A DNA stretch of 64,000 bases from an uncultured Alphaproteobacteria bacterium (lineage in GTDB: Bacteria; Pseudomonadota; Alphaproteobacteria; HIMB59; GCA-002718135): contig CACNHX010000001.1 in NCBI GenBank assembly GCA_902620425.1, positions 226,311-290,310 on the forward strand, written 5' to 3'. Position numbers and translations under genes: made by a program. The notes beneath the pieces were generated by a model. The model was not told the origin of the DNA. It ran no database searches and worked only from the letters and a program-made list of their open reading frames with translations. This document shows positions 1 to 13,785 of this stretch, piece after piece. Numbering within the stretch: the stretch's first letter is position 1; every line of letters begins with the position of its first letter.

Positions 1-403
1 CATCTAGTTCTTCTGACTGTAATGAAGCCCAAGCTCCTATTCTACTTCCTAGTGGCCTTGAATTATAATATTCATCAGCTTCAGCGTTTGAAATTTGTGA
101 AACATTACCTTCAATTCTTATTTGTCTTTGAAGTGTTTTCCAATGAAAATTTAAAGCTACACTATCGTTGTTTTTAATTGCTCTACCTTTTTTGCTATTT
201 GAATTTGTGTAAAAAACAAACCCTTTATCATCAAATGATTTAAGTAAAACAATTCGCGAACTGGGTTTGCCATCAGAAGATATAGTAGCAAGGTTCATAG
301 CATTTGGATCATTGATTTCACTTTTCTTTGCCTCTTCAAACCATTCTTGAAAAAGTTCTATTGGTTTTTTATGAGAATTTATTAATTTTTGATTTGATTG
401 CAT
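1..403 (-). CDS. pdxH: pyridoxamine 5'-phosphate oxidase (partial; C-terminus lies outside the window)
   Basis: Not in the ORF track because it runs off the left edge. The reverse complement from the ATG (cat at 401-403) reads without stops: MQSNQKLINSHKKPIELFQEWFEEAKKSEINDPNAMNLATISSDGKPSSRIVLLKSFDDKGFVFYTNSNSKKGRAIKNN... It carries the PNPOx-type RIVLLK and GFxFYTNxxSxKG motifs. Confidence 0.85.
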   Translation of the reverse strand, partial: MQSNQKLINSHKKPIELFQEWFEEAKKSEINDPNAMNLATISSDGKPSSRIVLLKSFDDKGFVFYTNSNSKKGRAIKNNDSVALNFHWKTLQRQIRIEGNVSQISNAEADEYYNSRPLGSRIGAWASLQSEELD

Positions 404-471
404 ATTATAGATATGAATATTATTTTATAAGTATATATATCTATATTTATAAAAAAACACTGATTTACAAT

Positions 472-1299
472 ATGTTGATGCAAAATAAAAAAGGTCTGAT
501 TATGGGAGTGGCAAATGACAGATCTATCGCTTGGGGTATTGCGAAAAAATTAGCAGAACAGGGAGCAGAAATTGCACTTACTTATCAAGGAGAAGCTCTT
601 AAGAAAAGAGTTCAGCCACTTGCAGAAGAAATAGGGTCTAACACTATTATTCCTTGTGATGTTTCAGACTCACAAAGTATGAATACCGTTTTTGAAACAC
701 TTAAAAATAAATGGGGTGAATTAGATTTTCTTGTTCATGGAATTGGTTTTTCCAACAAAGATGAATTAAGAGGTAAATATTACAATACTTCTTCTGATAA
801 TTTTAAACAAACTATGCATATATCATGTTATTCTTTTACAGAGGCTTGTAGGCTAGCAGAACCTTTAATGAATAATGGTGGATCAATTTTAACTTTAACA
901 TATTATGGATCAGAACAAGTTATGCCTCATTATAATGTTATGGGAATTGCAAAAGCAGCTTTAGAGGCAAGTGTAAGATATTTAGCAGTTGATTTGGGAG
1001 AAAAAAATATAAGAGTTAATGCTATTAGTGCTGGGCCAATTAAAACTTTGGCAGCATCAGGAATAGGTGATTTTAGATTTATTCTAAAATGGAACGAGCT
1101 TAATGCTCCACTTAAAAGAAATGTAAATCAGCAAGATGTTGGAAATTCTGCTTTGTATCTCTTAAGTGATCTTGGGAGTGCCGTTACTGGTGAGATACAA
1201 CATGTCGATTGTGGCTATCATACTGTAGGAATGGTTGCAGTTGATGAGAGTGAAAGTGTTTCAGAATTATTAGGTGAATTTACAAAGTCTAAAAAATGA
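472..1299 (+). CDS. fabI: enoyl-[acyl-carrier-protein] reductase (NADH), FabI
   Basis: [26 protein letters not shown] is a Rossmann N-terminus and [19 protein letters not shown] is the SDR Y-x6-K motif. The track ORF starts at a TTG at 328, but that N-terminal stretch is low-complexity spacer. The ATG at 472 ([13 protein letters not shown]) is the plausible start. Confidence 0.9.
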   Translation: MLMQNKKGLIMGVANDRSIAWGIAKKLAEQGAEIALTYQGEALKKRVQPLAEEIGSNTIIPCDVSDSQSMNTVFETLKNKWGELDFLVHGIGFSNKDELRGKYYNTSSDNFKQTMHISCYSFTEACRLAEPLMNNGGSILTLTYYGSEQVMPHYNVMGIAKAALEASVRYLAVDLGEKNIRVNAISAGPIKTLAASGIGDFRFILKWNELNAPLKRNVNQQDVGNSALYLLSDLGSAVTGEIQHVDCGYHTVGMVAVDESESVSELLGEFTKSKK

Positions 1300-2366
1300 C
1301 TTCTAATTCAATAGGAAAAATCTTTAACTTTACTACATGGGGAGAAAGCCATGGCAAAGCTATTGGTTGTGTTGTTGATGGAGTGCCATCAAACATAAAT
1401 TTAACTGAAAAAGATATTCAACCCTATTTAGATAAAAGAAAACCTGGTCAGTCAAAATTTACAACTCAAAGAAAAGAAGAGGATAAAGTTGAAATACTAT
1501 CTGGAACTTTTGAGGGAAAAACAACAGGTCATCCTATTTCTCTAATTATCTACAATCAAGATCAGAGATCAAAGGATTATGGTGAAATCAAAAGTAAATT
1601 TAGACCAGGTCATGCAGATTATACATATTGGAAAAAATATGGCATAAGAGATTATAGAGGTGGTGGTAGATCTAGTGCTAGAGAAACTGCAATGAGAGTA
1701 GCAGCAGGGGCAATAGCAAGAAAAATCATAAAAAATAAAATTAAAAATCAAGTTGTAATAACAGGTGCATTAATTCAAATAGGTAATCATAAAATTAATT
1801 ATGATAATTGGAATAATAATTTTATTCCAAAAAATAATTTTTGGAGTCCTGATAAAGAAATCATTAAAATATGGGAAAACGAAATACAAACTGCAAGAAA
1901 ATCTGGTTCCTCTTTAGGTGCAATAATTGAAATTAGAGTGAAAGGTTTGCCAGCTGGATTAGGAGAACCTATTTATGAAAAAATAGACTCTGATATTGCT
2001 AAGGCATTGATGTCTATTAATGCTGTTAAGGGAGTAGAAATGGGAAATGGATTTAGCAGTGTTTATGAAACTGGAATTTCTAATGTTGATGAAATGAGAA
2101 TAAAAAATAAAAAACCTTTATTTCTTTCAAATAATAATGGTGGAGTTCTTGGGGGTATTACAACGGGCCAAGAATTAATTACTAGATTTGTAGTAAAACC
2201 TACAAGCTCAATATTATCCCCAAAAAAAACAATTAATACAAAATTAAAAGAAACAACAATATCTACTAAAGGTCGTCATGATCCATGTGTTGGTATAAGA
2301 GCTGTTCCTGTCGGTGAAGCAATGGTTGCCACAACTATAGCTGATCATTGTTTAAGATTTCTTTAA
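1296..2366 (+). CDS. aroC: chorismate synthase
   Basis: [25 protein letters not shown] and [15 protein letters not shown] motifs. There is an ATGA start/stop overlap with fabI. Confidence 0.95.
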   Translation: MTSNSIGKIFNFTTWGESHGKAIGCVVDGVPSNINLTEKDIQPYLDKRKPGQSKFTTQRKEEDKVEILSGTFEGKTTGHPISLIIYNQDQRSKDYGEIKSKFRPGHADYTYWKKYGIRDYRGGGRSSARETAMRVAAGAIARKIIKNKIKNQVVITGALIQIGNHKINYDNWNNNFIPKNNFWSPDKEIIKIWENEIQTARKSGSSLGAIIEIRVKGLPAGLGEPIYEKIDSDIAKALMSINAVKGVEMGNGFSSVYETGISNVDEMRIKNKKPLFLSNNNGGVLGGITTGQELITRFVVKPTSSILSPKKTINTKLKETTISTKGRHDPCVGIRAVPVGEAMVATTIADHCLRFL

Positions 2367-3101
2367 AATACTATAAATCAAAAATTCTTTATTTCCTTTT
2401 GGTCCAGTTATTGGACTTTCTACTAAACCTACAACTTCAGCATTAATTGTTTTTTTAAACCAATTCGATATATCATTACATACTTGTTCATGAATCAATG
2501 GATCTTTCACAATACCTTTTTTTAAATTTATTTTATTAGTTTCAAATTGAGGCTTAATTAGTGAAATAATCTCAGCTTTACTTGATAAAAGCTTCAGGCT
2601 AGGTTCTATAACCTTTGTTAGACTAATGAAACTAACATCACAGACTACTAAATTAATTTTTTCATGAATTATTGAGTTATCTAAATATTTAGCATTAAAA
2701 TTTTCTATACTAATAATTTTTTTTTCTTTTTTTAATTTTTCATGAAGTTGATTTGTACCAACATCAATAGAATATATTTTTTTAGCGTTTTTTTTTAATA
2801 GAACTTCTGTAAATCCACCAGTTGATGAACCGATATCTAGGCAAATTTTATTTTCAATATCAATCTTAAAATGATCAATCGCTTTGAGTAATTTGAATGC
2901 ACCTCTTGATACCCATGTAGGATGTAGGTGTTTAATTTTTATTTTTGAGTTTTCATTAAAACTGTTACCACTTTTGGTAATAATTTTATCGTTTACATAA
3001 ACTTGACCGGCCATAATCATAGATTGGGCCTTTGATTTAGTATCAGCTAAGTTTCTATCCATTAAAAGCTGATCAAGTCTTATTTTTAGATTTTTACTCA
3101 A
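2352..3101 (-). CDS. tlyA: TlyA-family rRNA 2'-O-methyltransferase (S4 + FtsJ domains)
   Basis: N-terminal S4-like [30 protein letters not shown], then the SAM motif [15 protein letters not shown]. Its 3' end overlaps the aroC 3' end by 15 nt. Confidence 0.85.
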   Translation of the reverse strand: MSKNLKIRLDQLLMDRNLADTKSKAQSMIMAGQVYVNDKIITKSGNSFNENSKIKIKHLHPTWVSRGAFKLLKAIDHFKIDIENKICLDIGSSTGGFTEVLLKKNAKKIYSIDVGTNQLHEKLKKEKKIISIENFNAKYLDNSIIHEKINLVVCDVSFISLTKVIEPSLKLLSSKAEIISLIKPQFETNKINLKKGIVKDPLIHEQVCNDISNWFKKTINAEVVGLVESPITGPKGNKEFLIYSILKKS

Positions 3102-3110
3102 ATTTGAAAA

Positions 3111-3329
3111 TTACTTAAAATCTTCTTTTGTAACTTTATTGTTTTCTTGCTTAATTTTTTTAATTTGGCTTTCAATACTTTTTAATTTTTCCTCACATGC
3201 TTTTTTTAAATTCATTCCTTCTTCGTAAAGTTTTACAGATTCTTCTAAATCAACTTCACCATTTTCTAATTTCTCTACAATAGACTCAAGTTTTTTTAAA
3301 TTATTTTCAAAATTATTATCTTTATTCAT
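3111..3329 (-). CDS. xseB: exodeoxyribonuclease VII small subunit
   Basis: 72 aa with FENNLKKLESIVEKLENGEVDLEESVKLYEEG, typical of XseB. Confidence 0.85.
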   Translation of the reverse strand: MNKDNNFENNLKKLESIVEKLENGEVDLEESVKLYEEGMNLKKACEEKLKSIESQIKKIKQENNKVTKEDFK

Positions 3330-3615
3330 TAGTTGTATCTATTTTTGTAATATTTGATGTTTCTATATCATATATTAAAGCATAAACTTTATCATTACTT
3401 TTTATTGTAAACAAAATCCGATTATTATCAATCATATCTATATCTGTAATTTTTTGCCCTTTTTCTAAATTTAAATTATATTCAATTAAATTTGTTTCTA
3501 AATTACTTTGTTTTTTTGTTGTTTTTATATACAAACCATAAACTAGAGCAAAAAAACAAATAACAATTAATATACCTAATAATATTACAATAAATTTAAG
3601 AATTTTTTGAGACAT
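3322..3615 (-). CDS. hypothetical small membrane-anchored protein
   Basis: 97-aa ORF with one N-terminal TM helix (ILKFIVILLGILIVICFFALVYGLY). It overlaps xseB by 8 nt. I recognise no family. Confidence 0.5.
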   Translation of the reverse strand: MSQKILKFIVILLGILIVICFFALVYGLYIKTTKKQSNLETNLIEYNLNLEKGQKITDIDMIDNNRILFTIKSNDKVYALIYDIETSNITKIDTTNE

Positions 3616-4585
3616 GAACGAATTCTATAATCTTAAATTAACTATAAATAAACAATTAAGTTCACAAAGATTAGATAAAGTGCTCGTTTCAAAATTGGAA
3701 GGATATTCAAGAACACAAATTAAAACTTTAATATTAAATGGGAATGTATGTCTTGATGAAAGGGAAATAAAAGATCCATCTTACATAACTAAAGAAAATG
3801 AAAATTTCTTTATAAATATTATCTTAAAGCAAGAAACAAAACATTCAGCTGAAAATATAGACTTAAACATTATTTTTGAAGATGAAGATTTAATTGTTAT
3901 AAATAAACCTCCAAATTTAGTAATGCATCCAGCTCCTGGAAATGAAAGCGGTACTCTTGTGAATGCTCTTATGCATTACACTAATAATCAACTAAGTAAT
4001 TTAGATGATAATTCTAGACCAGGAATAGTCCATCGTTTAGATAAGGATACTAGTGGAATTCTTGTTGTTGCGAAAAATAATAATGTTCATATTAATTTAG
4101 CCGAACAATTTAAAAAACATACAATATCTCGTAGATATAAAGCAATAGTTTGGGGAACTCCTGATAATCAATCAATTGAAGGGTACATAGAGAGAAATAG
4201 AAAAAATAGAAAAAAAATGAGTTTAAATAATAATGGTTTTGGAAAATATTCTAAAACCGATATTAAATTAGAAAAAACTTTTGGTATTGCTAGTTTAGTT
4301 GACTGTCATTTATATACTGGGAGAACGCATCAAATTAGACTTCATTTAACTTCTAAAAATTCTCCAATCATTGGTGATAAGATTTATGGAAAAAGTAAAA
4401 TCAATCAATTTGGAAAAGATAAAAATACATTTAATAAATTCATGATTTTAAAAAATTTTGAAAGACAAGCATTGCATGCTTATCATCTTGGTTTTGATCA
4501 TCCTACATCAAAAAAAAGGATGGATTTTGATATTGAAATTCCTGAAGATTTTAAGAATTTAATTGAATTATTGCTTAAATATTAA
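3614..4585 (+). CDS. rluD: RluA-family 23S rRNA pseudouridine synthase (RluD-like)
   Basis: N-terminal S4 domain (QRLDKVLVSKLEGYSRTQIKTLILNGNV) and the catalytic HRLDKDTSGILVVAKN motif. Confidence 0.85.
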   Translation: MNEFYNLKLTINKQLSSQRLDKVLVSKLEGYSRTQIKTLILNGNVCLDEREIKDPSYITKENENFFINIILKQETKHSAENIDLNIIFEDEDLIVINKPPNLVMHPAPGNESGTLVNALMHYTNNQLSNLDDNSRPGIVHRLDKDTSGILVVAKNNNVHINLAEQFKKHTISRRYKAIVWGTPDNQSIEGYIERNRKNRKKMSLNNNGFGKYSKTDIKLEKTFGIASLVDCHLYTGRTHQIRLHLTSKNSPIIGDKIYGKSKINQFGKDKNTFNKFMILKNFERQALHAYHLGFDHPTSKKRMDFDIEIPEDFKNLIELLLKY

Positions 4586-4615
4586 ATTATATTTTATTTA
4601 TGATATAGGCGTACT

Positions 4616-7843
<3,228 letters not shown>

Positions 7844-7851
<8 letters not shown>

Positions 7852-9199
7852 GATAGGGCCTTACCAATCTTTTTATTTCTAAAGACTTCTTTTTAACCTC
7901 GGTAATTTCTTGCCCTTCAACCAGTATTCTTACTAATGGTTCAGTTCCAGATAACCTAACAAGAGATCTGATTTTTTTATTATTATATAGTTTATCATTT
8001 TTTAATTTACCAAGAATTTTTAATAGTTTGGTATTCTTTATTTTATACCTTAAGTTAATTTTATCTTGAGGAAAATCATTGTACAAATCAAATAGTTTGC
8101 TTGCTTTATTTTTATTTGATATCAAAATTTCAGTAATTTTTAGAGCTGCTAAAATTCCATCACCAGTATTAGAGTGTTCTGATAAGATTATATGTCCTGA
8201 TTGTTCACCACCAATCATGGATTTGGATTTTTTCATTTGATTTATAACATTTATATCTCCAACAGCTGTTCGTTTAATATTTAATTTTAATTTATTTGTA
8301 AGATAATTTTCTAATCCCATGTTAGACATGACTGTTATAATCACATCGTGCTGGTTGGGTTTTTTCTTAGGTTTTACATAACTTTTACATAGTAATCCTA
8401 TAATTTTATCACCATCAACTTCTTTTCCTGCTTCATCTACAACTATTAATCTATCTCCATCACCATCAAATGCAAATCCAATATCTGCCTTTTCTTTTAT
8501 GACACTTTGTGAAAGTGATTTAACGTCAACTGCACCACAATCTTTATTAATATTCAAACCATCGGGATTATTATTTATGGCTATTACATTATGACCTAAT
8601 TCCCAAAATAAATTTGGGGCTATGTTATATGTAGCTCCATTCGCACAATCCAAAACAATTTTTAATTTTTTCTTGGATGATGTTTTATTTAAAGTACTCT
8701 TTAGAAATTCTGAATACCTGCCTGAAGCATCTTCTAGTCTTTTTGCATTTCCAGATACAAATGTGTTGTTTGTTACTTTAGAATATTTTTTATTATTTAA
8801 AACTATATTTTCAACCTTTTGCTCTATTGATGAACTTAATTTTGTTCCAGTACTGTCAAAAAATTTAAGTCCGTTATATTCATATGTATTATGAGAAGCT
8901 GTAATCATTACACCAATATCAGCTCTTAAAGTTTTAATCATCAATGGTACAGCTGGTGTTGGAAGTGGGCCGACTAAAATAACATCCATACCCATAGAAA
9001 TAAATCCAGCAGTAACTAGCGGTTCATATAAGTATCCAGATAATCTTGTATCTTTACAAATCACAACTCTACTACTTTTAGAATTTTTCTTTCTTAAAAG
9101 AAATGCCACTGTCTTTGAAATTTTTAGACAAGTTTCAGCAGAAAGAGGCTCTTCATTAACTAAGCACCGTATACCATCGGTACCAAATATTTTAGACAT
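7844..9199 (-). CDS. glmM: phosphoglucosamine mutase
   Basis: FGTDGIRC, the active-site ITASHNTYEYNGLKF, FDGDGDRL and GGEQSGH motifs. Confidence 0.9.
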
Positions 9200-9243
9200 T
9201 ACTGTCTTTTATTCAAAAAAATATATAAAGTGAAGTATTTAAA

Positions 9244-11148
9244 TTAGTTCGCTGTGGCAGAAGCAGATCCACCAGTTTTAGGAACTGATGGAGATGTTTT
9301 TGGAGGCTTATTATCAATATCGTTTCCAAATTCATCTCTTGAAGGTTTAATACCATTCAATAAGTCTTTTATCTCTTCACCGGTAAGTGTCTCATATTCA
9401 AGAAGACCTTTTGCGATTATGTGTAATTGATCAATATTATCAATAATTATTTTCCTTGCTTTAGTTTTAGCTTCCTCAACAAGTCTCTTAACTTCTGAAT
9501 CAATGATCTTAGCCGTATCATCAGATACGTTTTTAGATTGTGCAACTGAGTGACCCAAGAAGACCTCTTCTTGATTACTAGAATATCTAATAAATCCAAG
9601 TTTTTTACTAAATCCAAATTCTGTTATCATTTTTCTTGCAAGATCGGTTGCTTGTTGAATATCGCCCACGGCTCCAGTGGCAACTTTTTCCTCACCAAAT
9701 ATAATCTCTTCAGAAATTCTTGCTGCAACGATAGTAACTAACTTGGCTTCTAGTTCATCTTTTCTTTGATGTATTTTATCTTTTTCCGGTAAGGACATAA
9801 CGTATCCTAGTGCCCTTCCAGTTGGGATTATTGAACTTTTATAAATTGGCTCTGCTTCTTTGCAATGAATGTTAGCAAGTGCGTGACCTGCCTCGTGATA
9901 AGCTGTAATTTCTTTATCCTGCTGAGTCATAACCATTGATCTTCTCTCTGCTCCAAGCATTACTTTATCCTTGGCGTATTCAAAGTCCTCCAATGTTACC
10001 ATTCTTTTGTTCTTTCTTGCAGCCATTAAGGCAGCTTCATTTACCAAGTTTGCTAAATCAGCACCAGAGAAACCAGGAGTGCCCCTTGCAATAATTCTGG
10101 AGTCAAATTTAGGTGAAACTTTGATTTTTTTTATATGAACTTTGAGTATTTTATCTCTACCCAATATGTCTGGATTAGAGACTGTAACCTGTCTATCAAA
10201 CCTTCCTGGTCTCAATAAAGCAGGGTCTAAAACATCAGGTCTGTTTGTAGCTGCAACAATTATAACACCTGCATTAGCTTCAAAACCATCCATTTCGACT
10301 AAAAGTTGGTTAAGAGTTTGCTCTCTTTCATCATTACCGCCACCAAGCCCAGCACCTCTATGACGACCAACTGCATCAATCTCATCAATAAAAATTATAC
10401 AAGGGGCATTTTTTTTTCCTTGTTCAAACATGTCTCTTACTCTACTCGCACCAACACCCACAAACATTTCTACAAAATCTGATCCTGAAATAGAAAAGAA
10501 AGGAACATTAGCTTCACCAGCTATTGCTCTAGCTAGTAAAGTTTTACCAGTTCCAGGGGGTCCAACTAGAAGAGCGCCTCTTGGAATTTTTCCACCTAAT
10601 CTAGAGAACTTTGACGGATCTTTTAAAAATTCAACAACCTCTTCTAATTCTTGTTTAGCTTCATCAATACCTGCTACATCATCGAATGTAACTTTACCTA
10701 CGGCCTCATTTAATAATTTGGCTTTAGATTTTCCAAAGCCCATTGCCTTACCACCACCACCTTGCATCTGGCGCATAAAGAAAATCCATACTCCAATTAA
10801 AAGAAGCATAGGGAACCACGATAATAATACACTTAGTAGAGGATGCATTGAACGCTCTGACGGTTCAGCGGTAATCTTAACACCATTTTCATTTAACTTA
10901 TCTACAAGATTTGGATAATTTGGAGCATATGTACTAAATGAACGACCATCATCAAGGAAACCAGTAACCATATTTCCGCTTATATTAACTTCGGAGACAT
11001 TGCCACTTTCGGTAGCTGCAATGAAGTCGGAAAAGGATATTTTTGAAGTATTTCTATTATTAGATGTGCCTTGAAAAAGATTGAAAAGCACTATTAGGAG
11101 CAATCCAATTATAATCCATAATACAACGTTTTTGCTGATGTTTTTCAT
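9244..11148 (-). CDS. ftsH: ATP-dependent zinc metalloprotease FtsH
   Basis: Walker A GPPGTGKT, the AAA SRH region and the HEAGH zinc motif, with two N-terminal TM helices. Confidence 0.97.
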   Translation of the reverse strand: MKNISKNVVLWIIIGLLLIVLFNLFQGTSNNRNTSKISFSDFIAATESGNVSEVNISGNMVTGFLDDGRSFSTYAPNYPNLVDKLNENGVKITAEPSERSMHPLLSVLLSWFPMLLLIGVWIFFMRQMQGGGGKAMGFGKSKAKLLNEAVGKVTFDDVAGIDEAKQELEEVVEFLKDPSKFSRLGGKIPRGALLVGPPGTGKTLLARAIAGEANVPFFSISGSDFVEMFVGVGASRVRDMFEQGKKNAPCIIFIDEIDAVGRHRGAGLGGGNDEREQTLNQLLVEMDGFEANAGVIIVAATNRPDVLDPALLRPGRFDRQVTVSNPDILGRDKILKVHIKKIKVSPKFDSRIIARGTPGFSGADLANLVNEAALMAARKNKRMVTLEDFEYAKDKVMLGAERRSMVMTQQDKEITAYHEAGHALANIHCKEAEPIYKSSIIPTGRALGYVMSLPEKDKIHQRKDELEAKLVTIVAARISEEIIFGEEKVATGAVGDIQQATDLARKMITEFGFSKKLGFIRYSSNQEEVFLGHSVAQSKNVSDDTAKIIDSEVKRLVEEAKTKARKIIIDNIDQLHIIAKGLLEYETLTGEEIKDLLNGIKPSRDEFGNDIDNKPPKTSPSVPKTGGSASATAN

Positions 11149-11208
11149 CTAGTTTATACATAGGAATTTATTATAAAAACACAATAGTTTTGTAGAAAAT
11201 TAAACAAA

Positions 11209-12171
11209 TTATCTTGAAAAAGTAAGAAAATTATCATTTTTTTTAATATTCATACCTCTAATATTAAAATGTTTAAAATTTAACTTCTTTATTTCATTTA
11301 ATAAGATTCTAGTTTTTTTTGATCGGGGAGTGTTAGATTTATAAAACAAAAATTGATATATTCTTCGTATTATATTTTCAGCAGTAATCTCATTTAAATT
11401 TTTTATATTATCAAAACCAACAACGATTTTTTTACTATCAATGTGAATAATTTTTTTGAGAAGTATCTCAAATATCATTTGAATAAAAAATGGTGAATAA
11501 AAAAGTATGCTCTCAAAATCTTTATTTATTTCTTTAATTGTTTTTTGATCAGATTTTTTAAGAAAACTTCTTATTGTAGGACGAGTATAATCTAAATTTA
11601 AATTTGATGGATCATTAATATATTTTAACTTATTTTTCTGATTGTATTCTAATAATGTGTCTTTTGAAAAATTTAATAGTGGTCTAATTATGCAAACTCT
11701 GTTGTAAAGTGTAAGTTCAGACATTGATTTTAAACCATAAAAGTCACTTCCAGCAATCTTTCTATTAAGAAAAGTTTCTAAATTATCATTTTTGTGATGC
11801 GCAACAAATAAATGCAAAATATTATTTTTAATACAAAAATCTGTAAGTAAATTATAACGGTTATTTCTAGCCTCATTCATACTTTTCTTACTCACATTAT
11901 CTTTATCAACAGTTAGAATTTCAGAGCTAATGTTGTTTTTATCCAAGTAGGTAGAAATATATTTTCCTTCTACTTTAGAATTTTTTCTAATACGATGATC
12001 TACTATTAACGCAATCAAGTTACCTTTTTTGTGATTTATAAAAGCATTTACAAGGAATAATAATGACATACTATCTGGACCACCTGAAACTGCGACAGCA
12101 ACAGAGGGATTTTTTTCAAAAGTATATTTTTTTTCTATGTTTTTAATGAATTCTTTATTTGTGAGCTTCAT
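11209..12171 (-). CDS. tilS: tRNA(Ile)-lysidine synthetase
   Basis: The PP-loop VAVSGGPDSMSL, and the conserved position between cpoB and ftsH. Confidence 0.85.
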   Translation of the reverse strand: MKLTNKEFIKNIEKKYTFEKNPSVAVAVSGGPDSMSLLFLVNAFINHKKGNLIALIVDHRIRKNSKVEGKYISTYLDKNNISSEILTVDKDNVSKKSMNEARNNRYNLLTDFCIKNNILHLFVAHHKNDNLETFLNRKIAGSDFYGLKSMSELTLYNRVCIIRPLLNFSKDTLLEYNQKNKLKYINDPSNLNLDYTRPTIRSFLKKSDQKTIKEINKDFESILFYSPFFIQMIFEILLKKIIHIDSKKIVVGFDNIKNLNEITAENIIRRIYQFLFYKSNTPRSKKTRILLNEIKKLNFKHFNIRGMNIKKNDNFLTFSR

Positions 12172-13085
12172 TCATTATTTTCTAAGCAATTATACTCAAC
12201 AATTTGTTTTTTTGTTTGAGGAATTATTTTATTTTTTGGAAAATCAATTATTAATTTTTCCATAGTTTTACAAGCCTCAACATTTTTTTCAACTTTGTAT
12301 AATGATTGAGAAAGTTTGAAAAGCATTTCTGCAGCTTTGATACTATCTGGAAATTTTTGAAAGCCCTCTGCAAATATAAGTGCCGCCTCTCTATATTTTT
12401 TTTCTAAAATATATAATTCTCCAAGCCAATAATGTGCTGAACCTGATAGTTGATTATCAGGATTATCTGCAATAAACTGCTCAAATGAAGTTTTTGCATC
12501 CTGCCAATTTTTATCTCTAATATTATCAAATGCTACTTGGAATTGATCTTCTGGTGGTAACACCTTCTCTTTTTCATTAATATTTACTTCTTGATCGTTA
12601 GATATAACTTCTTCATTTGTATCATTTGTGTTTTTTGAAATATTTAATGTTCCAAGTGTATTTTCAGTTTCAGTATCACTTAAAGTATTGCTTTTAACTT
12701 CAGAACTATCTTGTAAAACTTCATCTGTATTTACATTTACATTATTTGAGGGAACTGATTGTAAATTATTAATAACTAATTCTAAGTTTTCTAACTTATT
12801 AAAAATATCATCTAATTGAAAATACAATTCCTCTAAGTTAGAAGTTAAATTTTTTATATCGTTTTCAATATCATATATTCGTAAATCAATAGCAGAAAGA
12901 TTTTTTACAAAATCATTATTTGTTCCACTAGATTGACTTGATGAATTTGAAAAAACTTCTTTAGAAAGATCGGAGACTTCTCTTTGTAACCTCTCTAATT
13001 GCTGGTTAATTGTAAGTTCATTTTCATTAGAATAAACATAACATGAAAAAAATATAATTATAATAGTGAGTATGTATCTAAACAT
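12168..13085 (-). CDS. cpoB: Tol-Pal system protein CpoB/YbgF (coiled coil + TPR)
   Basis: Signal sequence, N-terminal coiled coil, and C-terminal TPR (AHYWLGELYILEKKYREAALIFAEGFQKFPDS). It lies directly downstream of pal. Confidence 0.8.
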   Translation of the reverse strand: MFRYILTIIIIFFSCYVYSNENELTINQQLERLQREVSDLSKEVFSNSSSQSSGTNNDFVKNLSAIDLRIYDIENDIKNLTSNLEELYFQLDDIFNKLENLELVINNLQSVPSNNVNVNTDEVLQDSSEVKSNTLSDTETENTLGTLNISKNTNDTNEEVISNDQEVNINEKEKVLPPEDQFQVAFDNIRDKNWQDAKTSFEQFIADNPDNQLSGSAHYWLGELYILEKKYREAALIFAEGFQKFPDSIKAAEMLFKLSQSLYKVEKNVEACKTMEKLIIDFPKNKIIPQTKKQIVEYNCLENNE

Positions 13086-13119
13086 TAACAGTTTTTAATT
13101 ACTAATTGCGATAGAAATG

Positions 13120-13143
13120 TGGCGCTATATCAATATAGCGCCA
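13120..13143 (-). other. perfect 10-bp GC-rich stem-loop between pal and cpoB
   Basis: tGGCGCTATA-tcaa-TATAGCGCCa. Arms are 13120-13129 and 13134-13143 with a 4-nt loop. No U-tract follows on either strand. Confidence 0.6.
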
Positions 13144-13162
13144 AAGTATTAAGGAAAGTAGA

Positions 13163-13684
13163 TTAGTTAACTATAGTTACTGATCGTCTATTTTGAGCCC
13201 ATGCTCCATCGTTTGATCCGACGACAGCAGGTCTTTCTTTTCCATAACTAATAGTTGAAACTCTGTCTGGGTTTATACCTAATCCTATTAGATAATTTTT
13301 AACAGCTTGAGCTCTTTTTTCACCAAGAGCTAGGTTGTACTCTCTAGTTCCTCTTTCATCACAATGTCCTTCAATTGTTACTGAAACGTCACTATTCTGC
13401 TTAAGCCATGCAACTTGGTCTTGAAGTAACTCCAAAGCGTCTGAGTCAAGATCTGAACTATCATATCCAAAAAATACTCTATCACCAACATTTACAATTA
13501 AGTCTTCTTGAGATCCTGAAACTATTCCGCTTCCTGTAGTTTCAGTAATAGTTCCTTCTGAAGAAACATCACTTCCGGAACTACTTGATCCTGAACCTGA
13601 AGAGTCAGCTGAGTCTTTTGGTGTTGTTGCACAAGCTGCAACAAATAAAACCATAAATATAGAGATAAAAAACTTGTAAAACAT
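13163..13684 (-). CDS. pal: peptidoglycan-associated lipoprotein Pal (OmpA-like domain)
   Basis: Lipobox FVAAC, a Ser/Gly-rich linker, and the OmpA domain (GHCDERGTREYNLALGEKRA). Confidence 0.9.
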   Translation of the reverse strand: MFYKFFISIFMVLFVAACATTPKDSADSSGSGSSSSGSDVSSEGTITETTGSGIVSGSQEDLIVNVGDRVFFGYDSSDLDSDALELLQDQVAWLKQNSDVSVTIEGHCDERGTREYNLALGEKRAQAVKNYLIGLGINPDRVSTISYGKERPAVVGSNDGAWAQNRRSVTIVN

Positions 13685-13785
13685 AAATATTTGCTCCCTT
13701 AATACTTTGAGTAGATATACTAAATTATACCAAGTTCCTTAACATTTTTTTCAAAATTTCGTATATTTTTTTGTATTATATTGAA

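Noticed and set aside
328-471. The N-terminal 48 codons of the track ORF for fabI (TTG start at 328).
   Set aside because: The translation (…YRYEYYFISIYIYIYKK…) is AT-rich spacer read-through, and it overlaps the pdxH start on the other strand. The conserved FabI N-terminus begins at the ATG at 472.
10142-10918. Two long plus-strand ORFs (73 aa and 162 aa) antisense to ftsH.
   Set aside because: They lie wholly inside the strongly conserved ftsH coding region. Their translations are low-complexity (Ser/Pro/Leu-rich) with no motifs. Long antisense frames are expected opposite relatively GC-richer, codon-biased genes.
13511-13615. A Ser/Gly/Asp-rich low-complexity stretch in pal (SADSSGSGSSSSGSDVSS...), which might have been a repeat element.
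   Set aside because: It is in frame and corresponds to the flexible linker between the lipid anchor and the OmpA-like domain that Pal proteins normally have. I see no nucleotide-level tandem repeat unit.
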